Made by a program: the position numbers and the translations under genes. Of a DNA stretch of 22,166 nt, positions 8,201 to 16,423 are shown one piece after another (within the stretch, counting starts at the first letter, position 1; each line of letters begins with the position of its first letter). Source of the DNA: a virus; the IMG/VR virus record IMGVR_UViG_3300044971_003869. The stretch is one strand, 5' to 3'. The notes beneath the pieces are model-generated. The model searched no databases. It was not told the origin of the DNA and was given only the letters and a program-made list of their open reading frames with translations.

Positions 8201-9575
8201 TTATGGACCATAATACTTAAATATTATAGCACCGCTATTTCCATTAGCGCCACCAGGAAATAGTAATGAATTAGGGTCTCCACCATTTCCTCCTTTACCG
8301 TGCATGTCTGATGCATGCGAAGTTCCTTGTCCACTAGATCCTGATCCGGAACCGCCGCCTCCACCAGTTAAGCCATTAGTGGTTGTTGATGCTCCAGCGT
8401 TTCCGCCAACGTAAGTTCCTCCAGTGCCAGTATGACTAGCGCCTGCTCCAGCTGTTCCAGCTCCACCACCACCAGCATATATTGCAGATTTACCACTTAA
8501 ATCATATCTACCCTGTCCTCCAGCGTTTCCATTAGCTGAACCACCATCATTATCTCTTGTACCAGTAGATGGGGAAGATGAAATTGCACCTTCGCCTCCT
8601 ACAGCAGAAATTGTTGTATTAGTTCCGGTTATAGAAGTTGTTCCTCCAGTGCCACCTCTGGTTACAGGACTAGAATCAAGAGTAAACCCTGCTGCACCTC
8701 CGCCTCCTATTGTCCAACTTACGATCCTTGATCCGTCTGTTACTAAAGCACTTGCATGCGAGTTAAGAGTTCCACCACCGCCACCTCCAGCCCAGCCTGC
8801 ACCGCCTCCGCCACCAACTACAGCAATTTGGTAAATATAAACTGGTTGGGCAGATCCTCCAGTTGGGGTGACTGTGTCTATAGTGCGTGAACCATTTGTG
8901 TTGCTTGGCCCCTGTGTTTTTAGTGTCCAAGGAGTAAATGATGTTGAAGAAGAATAAACTGTACCTGCTGCATTAACTGCTTTAGCTCTTACATAATATG
9001 GTTGACCGTCTGATAAGAATCCAGTTGCATTAAAATATGCTGAAGCGCTGTTTGTTGTTACTGGAGAGCCGACTGCAGTCCCTGCTTTAGAGGTAGTCGC
9101 ATCCCATGAGGAGTTATCTCTACTCCATTCAAATGTGACAGTAGTGCTTGCTCCACCCCAAGAAACAGTTGCATTATAAGTTGCGAGTTCTTGGTTGTAA
9201 TTTGTAACGGAATTAATTGTAACTGTTGCAGTTGTTCTCGGTGTAGTATTCGTTGACAATGTTGCAGATGCGGCACCGCCGCCAAGAGTATTGACAGCTC
9301 TTAGCTGAACGTTGTATGCGGTTCCATTTGTTAATCCAGGAATTGTAATAGGACTAGTTGAATCTGCTGGACTTAATGCCGTCCATGTAGAGCCACTATT
9401 TAAGGAATATTCATAATTAGTTATTTCTAGTCCACCGATTAAATGCAGGTGCAGTAAAAGAAATTACCAACTGACCATTTCCTGGAGTAGAAGACAAAGA
9501 TGTTGGAGCGTCGGGAGTAGTTCCACCACCAAAATATCCTCTAGCTGCTTGTCCTCTTCCTGCTAAAAATGGCAT
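8201..9575 (-). CDS. tail protein with FN3 domains and Gly-rich C-terminal region; interrupted by a +1 frameshift near 9437
   Basis: ATG at 9575 gives MPFLAGRGQAARGYFGGGTTPDAPTSLSSTPGNGQLVISFTAPAFN; skipping one base near 9437 continues as GGLEITNYEYSLNSGSTWTALSPADSTSPITIPGLTNGTAYNVQLRAVNTLGG... into the tracked 8201-9259 ORF. Confidence 0.75.
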
Positions 9576-9582
9576 AAGTTAC

Positions 9583-12249
9583 CTACGCAAACTTAGATTG
9601 ACTTGCATAAACCGTATAGGTTGCTGATCCGGTTTTAATAATTGTAATAGTATAAACATCTGTTGCACTAGCGTTTCCAGACGGAGTAGAGCCGCCAAAC
9701 CATTTGATTGTTTGGGATGTTCCATCTATATTAATTCCGCTTAAAGATCTTGCTGTTGTATTGGCTATAAATAAAACGGTTGTTATAGATTGATTTGTGG
9801 ACATTAGTGAATTCAAAGATGTTGAACTATTGCCTCTAAAATTAAATGTAAAATCACCAGTAGATGTATATGTATAGATAGCAGAAGTTAAAAGATCTAT
9901 ATTAGTTGTACCTGTTAAGTTGCCGCCTGCGGTTGTTTTTTCTAAAGACTGCTGAAGTGAAGTTGTTCCAGTTAAACTTATGCCAGCAAATGTTGGAGAA
10001 TCACTAGTGGCAACAGCTTGACCTATGGCAACCTGGGCAGAAGATCCTTCTCCTGGAGTGTGCGTAACACTAACTCCTGTTCCAGCGGTTACATCGGATA
10101 AATAATTGCCAACCGTATCAGTGCCAAGATTGATTGGATCATTTACCCAAGCAGAACCATCCCATTTTAAGTAGTCTCCAGATGATGGAGATGGAACAGT
10201 TGTGTCACTTAATTCATCTAAACTAATTGCGTCATTAACCCAAGCCGTACCATTCCATTTAAGGTAATCCCCAGAAGATGGGCTCGGCGCAGTAACATCT
10301 CCAATATTATCTAACCCTGCAACTGTTGCACTAAATGTTTTATTAATCCATTTAGATGTAGCTACATCCCAGGCTAATACTTGATCAGAAGATGGTGCTG
10401 GTGCAACGACATCTGTTAAGTCATCAACAGCAGCAACGACCGTTGCTACACCTGGTATATATTTATTTAAAGATGAACTATACTTAAGAACATTTGTGTC
10501 TGCTGGACTTGTTGTGTCTATTTCTATACCGCCAACTGTAATCTTAGGTATAGTTGCCATCCCAGTAAATGTAGGCGTTGCACTGTTAGCTTTTAGGTCT
10601 AATGCAGCAAGAGGTGCGTAAGCAACAGAATCAAGTGATCCATCTCCCTTTACGAATTGACCAGAGGTTCCACCCTGAGTTATGAACTTCTCTGCGTTTA
10701 TGTACTGGAAGTAGTCAATAGAATTAGCGGTACCGCCAGTTCCTGATGTAGCAGCCAAAGTTGAGGAAAGCTTGTCATAAACACAGTTAAGGATTGAATA
10801 AAAACCGTTTAGTACAACTGGTGCAACATTATTAAGTGCTGAAGTTAAAAATTGACAGTTGGCTAAAGTTATAACGCTTGAGGCTGCGGATGTGACGGCA
10901 TTAGTCACAGCAGCGGGAATAATCGAATCCACAAGAGATAAAGTTCCAGCAGTTAACACTGGAGCAACAGCGACAGCACTCTTAACAATTACATTGGCAC
11001 TAGCATTATTGACTGTTACAAAGTTAGGGTTACCTCCAAAAATTGCAAACAAACCTGCACCAGTAATACTCACAGCGCCAAAATCACACAAACGAGCAAC
11101 CGTGTAATCGGCGTTACTGCTCTTTGTAAAAGTGCCAGAAACCTCGCAGTTGAGTATGTTTACATTTCCCTGAGCAGTGGGCGTACTGACCGTCAGGTTT
11201 GTCATTTTTATGCCCGAGATAGTGCAACCAGTGTTTGTACTTACCGTCCCTGAAATAACTATGTTTCCACCAATAAGACCGGGTCCAGTCAAGGTCGTAT
11301 ATTGAGTGGTTATTGACGGGCTTTCCGTGTATGTACCTGGATGAATGATAACTGTTTTGCGTTGTGAAGTCACTAAAGTAAGGGCTTTAGTAATAGATGC
11401 AACAGGGGTTAGTAAATCACCATTACCAGTAGTGTCATTTCCATCTACTTGGCTAACATGGATTTCATAGTCGTAACCAGTAAAGGTTGGTTGCTTGGAG
11501 TCTAACTGTGCTTGAACCCCCGAAGTAACCCCATCAAGATATCCAATTTCAGTATCTGAAACATTTCCAATAGAGGTTGTTGAAGGAAGAGTGGTCGTTC
11601 CGGTAAATGTTGGACCAGAAGTTGGGGCTTTAGAATTAATTTGTGTCTGTATTGCTGAAGTAACTCCATTTAAATATCCAATTTCAGTATCGGATATATC
11701 TGCTACACGAGTTTGAACTATTGAAGTATCGATTGAGATGTTAGGTGTTGCACCTTCCCCAGAGTTATTGGATATAGTTACGCCAGTTCCAGCTACTAAA
11801 TTCTTAGTATAGTCACCGATAGTATGTAGGCCAAGGGTTACAGAATTTTCTATGATAGAACTTAAATCTAGATAAGTACTTCCATCATTTGTGAACTGCC
11901 ATTTATCTGTCGACTCATTCCATCTAATGGATACGTTTGTAGAAGTACCTCTCTCAACTTCAAGTCCAGCATTCTCTGTTGGGACACCTGTAACATTGCT
12001 ATTTAATATTAAAATATTATCAGCAACTGTTACCGTTTCAACATTAACTGAAACTGTTGTACCAGATACTGTTAAATTACCTGTGATAGTTACGTCATCG
12101 TCAGTGCTTACGGCTGACATATCGTCTCTCAACCAGGACCAAGTAGTGGCGACTAAATTTTCATTATCGTCTTTGTAATAAACTATTCCATTAATTGGAT
12201 CGAGGGCTATCTGCCCTTTGTTAATACTAGGAGGGACGGGTAAAGACAT
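9583..12249 (-). CDS. long tail-fibre protein (888 aa) with parallel beta-helix-like central region and repeats
   Basis: TVADNILILNSNVTGVPTENAGLEVERG... fibre motif, repeated SDTEIGYLDGVTSGVQAQLDSK, VIIHPGTYTES...beta-helix-like segment, repeated PSPSSGDYLKWNGTAWVND, C-terminal module shared with the 6418 gene. Confidence 0.8.
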   Translation of the reverse strand: MSLPVPPSINKGQIALDPINGIVYYKDDNENLVATTWSWLRDDMSAVSTDDDVTITGNLTVSGTTVSVNVETVTVADNILILNSNVTGVPTENAGLEVERGTSTNVSIRWNESTDKWQFTNDGSTYLDLSSIIENSVTLGLHTIGDYTKNLVAGTGVTISNNSGEGATPNISIDTSIVQTRVADISDTEIGYLNGVTSAIQTQINSKAPTSGPTFTGTTTLPSTTSIGNVSDTEIGYLDGVTSGVQAQLDSKQPTFTGYDYEIHVSQVDGNDTTGNGDLLTPVASITKALTLVTSQRKTVIIHPGTYTESPSITTQYTTLTGPGLIGGNIVISGTVSTNTGCTISGIKMTNLTVSTPTAQGNVNILNCEVSGTFTKSSNADYTVARLCDFGAVSITGAGLFAIFGGNPNFVTVNNASANVIVKSAVAVAPVLTAGTLSLVDSIIPAAVTNAVTSAASSVITLANCQFLTSALNNVAPVVLNGFYSILNCVYDKLSSTLAATSGTGGTANSIDYFQYINAEKFITQGGTSGQFVKGDGSLDSVAYAPLAALDLKANSATPTFTGMATIPKITVGGIEIDTTSPADTNVLKYSSSLNKYIPGVATVVAAVDDLTDVVAPAPSSDQVLAWDVATSKWINKTFSATVAGLDNIGDVTAPSPSSGDYLKWNGTAWVNDAISLDELSDTTVPSPSSGDYLKWDGSAWVNDPINLGTDTVGNYLSDVTAGTGVSVTHTPGEGSSAQVAIGQAVATSDSPTFAGISLTGTTSLQQSLEKTTAGGNLTGTTNIDLLTSAIYTYTSTGDFTFNFRGNSSTSLNSLMSTNQSITTVLFIANTTARSLSGINIDGTSQTIKWFGGSTPSGNASATDVYTITIIKTGSATYTVYASQSKFA
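10110..10370 (-). repeat. imperfect tandem repeats encoding (T)xPSPSSGDYLKWxGxAWVND
   Basis: Two near-identical protein units plus degenerate flanking copies such as APAPSSDQVLAWDVATSKWINK. Confidence 0.7.
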
Positions 12250-12258
12250 TTAAAATCC

Positions 12259-12504
12259 TTATTCTGTTTTAGCTTTTTTATCAACCTTATTAAAAACTTG
12301 ATTAATTTCAGCTACAGAAAGTTTTCCATCATCTAAAAATGCTCTAGAAAGACCTTCTATTACAGTAGCCACACCAGCCATTCCTGCCATAAAGCAAGCT
12401 TTCCATAAAGGAACACCTGCTATAGCTCCAGCACCAATGACGCTAAGCCCTGATGCTGCAAATGTGGCTACTATTCTTAAAATTATATTGTTTAAAGTTT
12501 TCAA
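12259..12504 (-). CDS. putative holin (81 aa, r1t-type-like)
   Basis: TTG start with GGAGGG SD; hydrophobic RIVATFAASGLSVIGAGAIAG and WKACFMAGMAGVATVIEGLSRAFLDDG. Confidence 0.5.
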   Translation of the reverse strand: MKTLNNIILRIVATFAASGLSVIGAGAIAGVPLWKACFMAGMAGVATVIEGLSRAFLDDGKLSVAEINQVFNKVDKKAKTE

Positions 12505-12534
12505 CTTACCCTCCTATAGTAATGATTAATTCTA

Positions 12535-12732
12535 TTAATCCTCATCGTTCTTGATCATTGCGTGAATATAATGCACTGCAAATGCACAACCTGTAGCTAT
12601 GATGGTGATTTTTCTAGTTTCTCCAGAGAGGGTTGCGAACACTACGACGCTACTTGAAATCGTAAAAGCCAGTGCTGAAGTCTCTCTTGAGAATTTCTTG
12701 ATAAAGCCCCAAGGACTAAATCTTCTTTTCAT
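12535..12732 (-). CDS. nested in-frame holin-like ORF (65 aa) MKRRFSPWGFIKKFSRETSALAFTISSSVVVFATLSGETRKITIIATGCAFAVHYIHAMIKNDED
   Basis: Perfect GAGGAGG SD at 12738-12744 with 5-nt spacing to the internal ATG; two hydrophobic segments. Confidence 0.5.
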   Translation of the reverse strand: MKRRFSPWGFIKKFSRETSALAFTISSSVVVFATLSGETRKITIIATGCAFAVHYIHAMIKNDED

Positions 12733-14958
12733 TGTTTCCTCCTCGTATTTAAATATACTGTTTCTTGTGAAGTTATTATCTTCTTGATCTTCTGGACCCT
12801 CTATCTCAGCGTCCTCTTCTTCGCCGTCTGGATTCTCATTTTCCTTGCGACCATTCCTATTGCCTCCGTCTCCAGGTCCTCCTCCAGAACCGCCACCAGA
12901 GCCTCCAGAACCACCATCAGAGCCTCGAGAACTGCCACCAGAACCACCAGAGCCCCCTCCAGAACCTCCTGAGCCTCCTCCAGATCCAACTGCACCAGCA
13001 GTTGCAGCTGTAAGGACTGCAGTGGCAGCTAGTAGAGTTCTACGAGACTGTACGTCTACATTGGATCCCACTGGCACGTAGTCGTCAAGACCCTCTCCAT
13101 AAACGTCAATAGTTTCCTCAAAGGCATTCTTTACTTCTTCTGGGGCATTCGTCACTGCTTCAACAAGAGCTGCTTCTTCTTCAGTTGAAAGTTCGCCCAC
13201 AGGAATTTCAGCAAAGATTTCCGACGCCTGGTCACCATCAATGCTCTCTAAGACCTTTTCACTAGTGGCAAGTTCTGTAGCCTGATCTTCAGTAACACCA
13301 TTTTCTAAGATATTATCAACAGCATCAGCAACCTGATCTTCACTAATATTGTCTGATTCCAATATGTCTACGACTTCAGCAAACTGCTCATCGCTAAGGG
13401 GAGAGTCCAAAACTGCATCGATTACCTCAGCAAATTTTTCGTCGGACAATGGCTCAGCAAACACTGCACCCAAAGCTGCACTTAGTTCTGCAGTTGAAAG
13501 ATCATCGGCAAACACGGAGTCAACAACAGCAGCAAACTCTTCACTGTTCATAGGTCCATCAAAAAGAGATGTAACTAGTGCTGCGATTTCTTCTGGCGAG
13601 TCGGCATTACCTATAGCGTCTGTTACTGCTGCACCAAGTTCATCTGCGTTGTCTGTATTTTTAAAGATATCAGTAACTGTTTCATCAGCTGTATTTTGCG
13701 TCTCTTCTGGAATGCTTACTTCTGGAATTGTTTCATTTGGTAAATCTTCTGGCTCTGGAATTGCTACTGGAGTTGTATCTATTTCTGGAGTAGAAACTGG
13801 GGTTGGATCTAGTTCTGGAATTGAAACAGTAGTATTTTCTGTTGGAATAGTTTCGACAGGAGGGGGGACAACCGCTGGTTCGGTAGTTGTTGTCGTGCCT
13901 GTTGTTACTTCTGGAACTGTTGTGGTCGTTGTAGTTGTGCTGGTTGTAGTCGTTGTGGTTGTAGTGGTTGTTGTCGGTGGTGGTTCTGTTGTCGTGGTTG
14001 TGGTCGAAGGAGGTGGCTCTGTTGTTGTAGTCGGAGGAAGAGTTGGGGCTGTCTCGTTATTGGGCTCAACGCCACCAAATGTTTCACATGAGCCACCAGC
14101 CTGATTGCACGAGAGTGTTGTGCCAAGTTCACTGTCAATCATTAAGACTGGTGAAAGTGCAGTATCATCGAGGTTGAATACTGTGAAGCCAAGCTTATAA
14201 GTTCCGGTAACTGAGACTTCGTATGTTGACATTTGCCAACCAGTTGAGCCGTACGAGTTAGTTGAGTAGTCGCCAGTTCCCGGGTTAGAAAAACCAAGAA
14301 GAGCATAAGACTCCTCAAAGTTATTAACCGTAATCACTGGAGTCGATGCAACGGTGACAGGAACAAGCGAAGTTATAGATCCGTCATTGAATGGCACATA
14401 GTCAGTTGCCATATAGTTCCAAGCCATTGTATAAGTAATGCCAGCAGTGAGCTCCACTTCACGGGTAATCCATGCAGCATCAGTGGGGTTTCCTCCTCCA
14501 AATCCTGATGCCTGTGCCTGTGATGATAACATGCTTGTTATCTGTGATGTTTGGTTTCCAGAAAGTCCAAGTGCTACAGCAGCTTGAGTAAATGTTTGTT
14601 CACCCTTTGGTTGAAGCAGTGCTGCATATGTTGCGTTTTTTGGTGAAAAATTCCAAGTGCCTGCAGTGACCGCTGGTGCATAATACGGACTTGAAGGATT
14701 ACCCATCGCACTGCGTGCGCCGTGACTAAATAATCTAGAACCACTAAAGACAGTTACGCCAGTTCCGTTACCGTTGATTGACGGACCGAGTGTTCCAGTC
14801 TGTGAGCCTCTAGACCAACCAGTTAGTGTGCCATCTTCAAAGCCAGCATTGGGCATGGACACAGGAGTGCTGGTAGCCCTTGCCGCTATTGGGAAAACCC
14901 AAGCCATTAGAAATAGCAATACAAGGATCCAAGATCCATTACGTGGTTTTAATTTCAT
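12535..14958 (-). CDS. large secreted/surface protein (807 aa): signal peptide, ectodomain, Thr/Pro mucin-like stretch, 17-aa helical repeats, Gly/Ser-rich region, C-terminal transmembrane region
   Basis: GGAGGGG SD; N-terminal MKLKPRNGSWILVLLFLMAWVFPIAARA; low-complexity and repeat segments read from the translation. Confidence 0.8.
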   Translation of the reverse strand: MKLKPRNGSWILVLLFLMAWVFPIAARATSTPVSMPNAGFEDGTLTGWSRGSQTGTLGPSINGNGTGVTVFSGSRLFSHGARSAMGNPSSPYYAPAVTAGTWNFSPKNATYAALLQPKGEQTFTQAAVALGLSGNQTSQITSMLSSQAQASGFGGGNPTDAAWITREVELTAGITYTMAWNYMATDYVPFNDGSITSLVPVTVASTPVITVNNFEESYALLGFSNPGTGDYSTNSYGSTGWQMSTYEVSVTGTYKLGFTVFNLDDTALSPVLMIDSELGTTLSCNQAGGSCETFGGVEPNNETAPTLPPTTTTEPPPSTTTTTTEPPPTTTTTTTTTTTSTTTTTTTVPEVTTGTTTTTEPAVVPPPVETIPTENTTVSIPELDPTPVSTPEIDTTPVAIPEPEDLPNETIPEVSIPEETQNTADETVTDIFKNTDNADELGAAVTDAIGNADSPEEIAALVTSLFDGPMNSEEFAAVVDSVFADDLSTAELSAALGAVFAEPLSDEKFAEVIDAVLDSPLSDEQFAEVVDILESDNISEDQVADAVDNILENGVTEDQATELATSEKVLESIDGDQASEIFAEIPVGELSTEEEAALVEAVTNAPEEVKNAFEETIDVYGEGLDDYVPVGSNVDVQSRRTLLAATAVLTAATAGAVGSGGGSGGSGGGSGGSGGSSRGSDGGSGGSGGGSGGGPGDGGNRNGRKENENPDGEEEDAEIEGPEDQEDNNFTRNSIFKYEEETMKRRFSPWGFIKKFSRETSALAFTISSSVVVFATLSGETRKITIIATGCAFAVHYIHAMIKNDED
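13243..13599 (-). repeat. about 6-7 tandem 17-aa (51-nt) repeats inside the 807-aa protein
   Basis: SPEEIAALVTSLFDGPM / NSEEFAAVVDSVFADDL / STAELSAALGAVFAEPL / SDEKFAEVIDAVLDSPL / SDEQFAEVVDILESDNI / SEDQVADAVDNILENGV / degenerate copy. Confidence 0.85.
13860..14055 (-). repeat. low-complexity Thr/Pro/Glu-rich coding stretch
   Basis: PPTTTTEPPPSTTTTTTEPPPTTTTTTTTTTTTSTTTTTTTVPEVTTGTTTTTEPAVVPPP. Confidence 0.9.
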
Positions 14959-14994
14959 TACCCCTCCAGGTAGTCATACCTTATAGTAATGAAG

Positions 14995-15057
14995 CTAAGT
15001 TAAATGTGCGGCGGCCAAATAGAAAAGACCCCAGCTGTTAAGCCAGGGTCTAATCAT
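14995..15057 (-). CDS. candidate leader peptide (20 aa) MIRPWLNSWGLFYLAAAHLT
   Basis: GGAGG at 15061-15065 only 3 nt before the ATG; ends 36 nt before the 807-aa ORF; overlaps the hairpin. Confidence 0.3.
   Translation of the reverse strand: MIRPWLNSWGLFYLAAAHLT
15016..15051 (-). terminator. hairpin with U-rich tail (AGACCC...GGGTCT then TTTCTATTT), terminator or attenuator candidate
   Basis: 6-bp stem plus inner 3-bp stem, stem 15026-15051, immediately followed on the minus strand by a T-rich tract. Confidence 0.45.
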
Positions 15058-15095
15058 GTGCCTCCGTTGCAAGGACTTATATTATAACATATGAT

Positions 15096-15215
15096 TTAGT
15101 CAATTTCTACGTCTGGATCAGTTTTTTTTAGGCCATCTACAATAACGGCGATTAACGCTACCGGCATTGCAAACATACCCGCAATTATAATTGCAATAAT
15201 TATTCCTTTAATCAT
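15096..15215 (-). CDS. small hydrophobic protein (39 aa) MIKGIIIAIIIAGMFAMPVALIAVIVDGLKKTDPDVEID
   Basis: Translated by hand; single TM-like segment; not in the supplied ORF track. Confidence 0.45.
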   Translation of the reverse strand: MIKGIIIAIIIAGMFAMPVALIAVIVDGLKKTDPDVEID

Positions 15216-15233
15216 TACGAAAATCCTTAATTA

Positions 15234-15857
15234 TTAAGAAAATATAGTAGGAATACTTATTAACACAATGATTCCAAGCAGCCAAAGTACAATTGAAAAA
15301 ATTACCAAGTAAGCAACAAGGTTTTTAATCTTCATGACTGCGGTTATACCCAGAAGAAACAAAGAAACAGCAAACAAACCTGTTAGCATTTGGAGTCGGT
15401 TACTTTTTTCACCATCAGTATTAGACAAATCAGTCCAGTACTTGCTGCTTTCAAACTGTTTGACATACGGCTCGTATAGCTCATCCATATAAGGTTTACA
15501 GTTTGGCAGTTGTCCTTTTGGATCTTTAAAAAAGCACGGCATTGCAAATGTGTATAACTCATAAGAGCCATTAGACGTTTTTATGTCACTGTAAATGTCG
15601 TCAAGACTAACGCCGTCTACAACTACACGGATTTGCTTGTCCTTCCATACGGTCAAATCATCTCTATATTTAACCTCTGATGTAATCCACATTCTGTCGG
15701 CCTCTGATAAACTTAACTGATACTCAGAGTTTGCGTCTCCAGACCTACCTCCGTATAGAGAAGACTGGATAGCTGTCCAAGCTGTAGTGGTTGACACCAA
15801 GCCGAGCATGATGACAATTAGTAGCTCGCTTGAAAACTTTTCTATTACCCTACGCAT
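15234..15857 (-). CDS. membrane protein (207 aa) with N-terminal anchor and two C-terminal TM-like segments
   Basis: Hydrophobic LLIVMLGLVSTTTAWTAI and LFAVSLFLLGITAVMKIKNLVAYLVIFSIVLWLLGIIVLISI. Confidence 0.7.
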   Translation of the reverse strand: MRRVIEKFSSELLIVIMLGLVSTTTAWTAIQSSLYGGRSGDANSEYQLSLSEADRMWITSEVKYRDDLTVWKDKQIRVVVDGVSLDDIYSDIKTSNGSYELYTFAMPCFFKDPKGQLPNCKPYMDELYEPYVKQFESSKYWTDLSNTDGEKSNRLQMLTGLFAVSLFLLGITAVMKIKNLVAYLVIFSIVLWLLGIIVLISIPTIFS

Positions 15858-15860
15858 TTA

Positions 15861-16391
15861 TTATGCACCTGGCTTAGGCAAAGCCCTCCATGCAGCTTCC
15901 ATCTTTGCTGCATCCTTAGCAAACTCTGGCTCAAGTTCAATGTGAATCCACTTACCACCAAAAGAACCAGCATTATCTTTAGCGTCATATATTTTTACAC
16001 CCTTTTCGCCTTCACCTCTTGAGCAGCGGAATCCTCTACCATAACCAGGCTTTTTATCCGAAGCGTTTGCATCGTAAGCGTAGTCGTGAATCTCTACAAT
16101 GCCCAAAGCTTCAGCATTTGCGAGGAACCAATCCCACATTGCTACACCGATTTTGCGGTCTGTGTAACCAATGTCTGCTGCTGCACCAGTTGCGTGAACT
16201 GACAGCCACTTTTCCATTCCTGGATCGCCAATCTTTTTACCAGCGGTATGGGAATTTCTCATCAATCTAGGAGAGTAAATTCCCATGTTGCTAGTCTTCC
16301 ATCTACGAGCGCAAGCATTGACAAACCATTCTGTTCCAGCTCCTGCTTTTTTGCCATCAAATGATGGATAATATGGATATTTTCTTGGCAT
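15861..16391 (-). CDS. peptidase M15-like cell-wall hydrolase (endolysin candidate, 176 aa)
   Basis: SVHATGAAADIGY (SxHxxGxAxD) and GGKWIHIELEP (HxE-like) motifs; AAGGAG SD. Confidence 0.75.
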   Translation of the reverse strand: MPRKYPYYPSFDGKKAGAGTEWFVNACARRWKTSNMGIYSPRLMRNSHTAGKKIGDPGMEKWLSVHATGAAADIGYTDRKIGVAMWDWFLANAEALGIVEIHDYAYDANASDKKPGYGRGFRCSRGEGEKGVKIYDAKDNAGSFGGKWIHIELEPEFAKDAAKMEAAWRALPKPGA

Positions 16392-16423
16392 TTTGATTCT
16401 CCTTTTAAATTTTAAAATATGTT

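Noticed and set aside
8649-9285. Plus ORF 8649-8834 and minus ORF 9058-9285
   Set aside because: Antisense or off-frame to the FN3/Gly-rich gene; the proline run is a shadow of Gly codons.
10859-12178. Plus-strand ORFs 10859-11107 and 11891-12178
   Set aside because: Antisense to the long fibre gene, whose translation has clear fibre motifs; no independent coding support.
12599-13081. Plus-strand ORFs 12599-12787, 12784-12972, 12845-13081 and minus ORF 12801-12995
   Set aside because: All are off-frame or antisense shadows of the Gly/Ser-rich repeat DNA inside the 807-aa gene.
13349-14104. Plus-strand 251-aa ORF (track) opposite the 807-aa gene, Val-rich
   Set aside because: It is the antisense shadow of the Thr/Pro low-complexity and repeat region; composition mirrors the real gene and there is no SD.
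13905-14138. Minus-strand 77-aa Gln/Pro/Leu-rich ORF
   Set aside because: Alternate-frame readout of the Thr/Pro-rich stretch.
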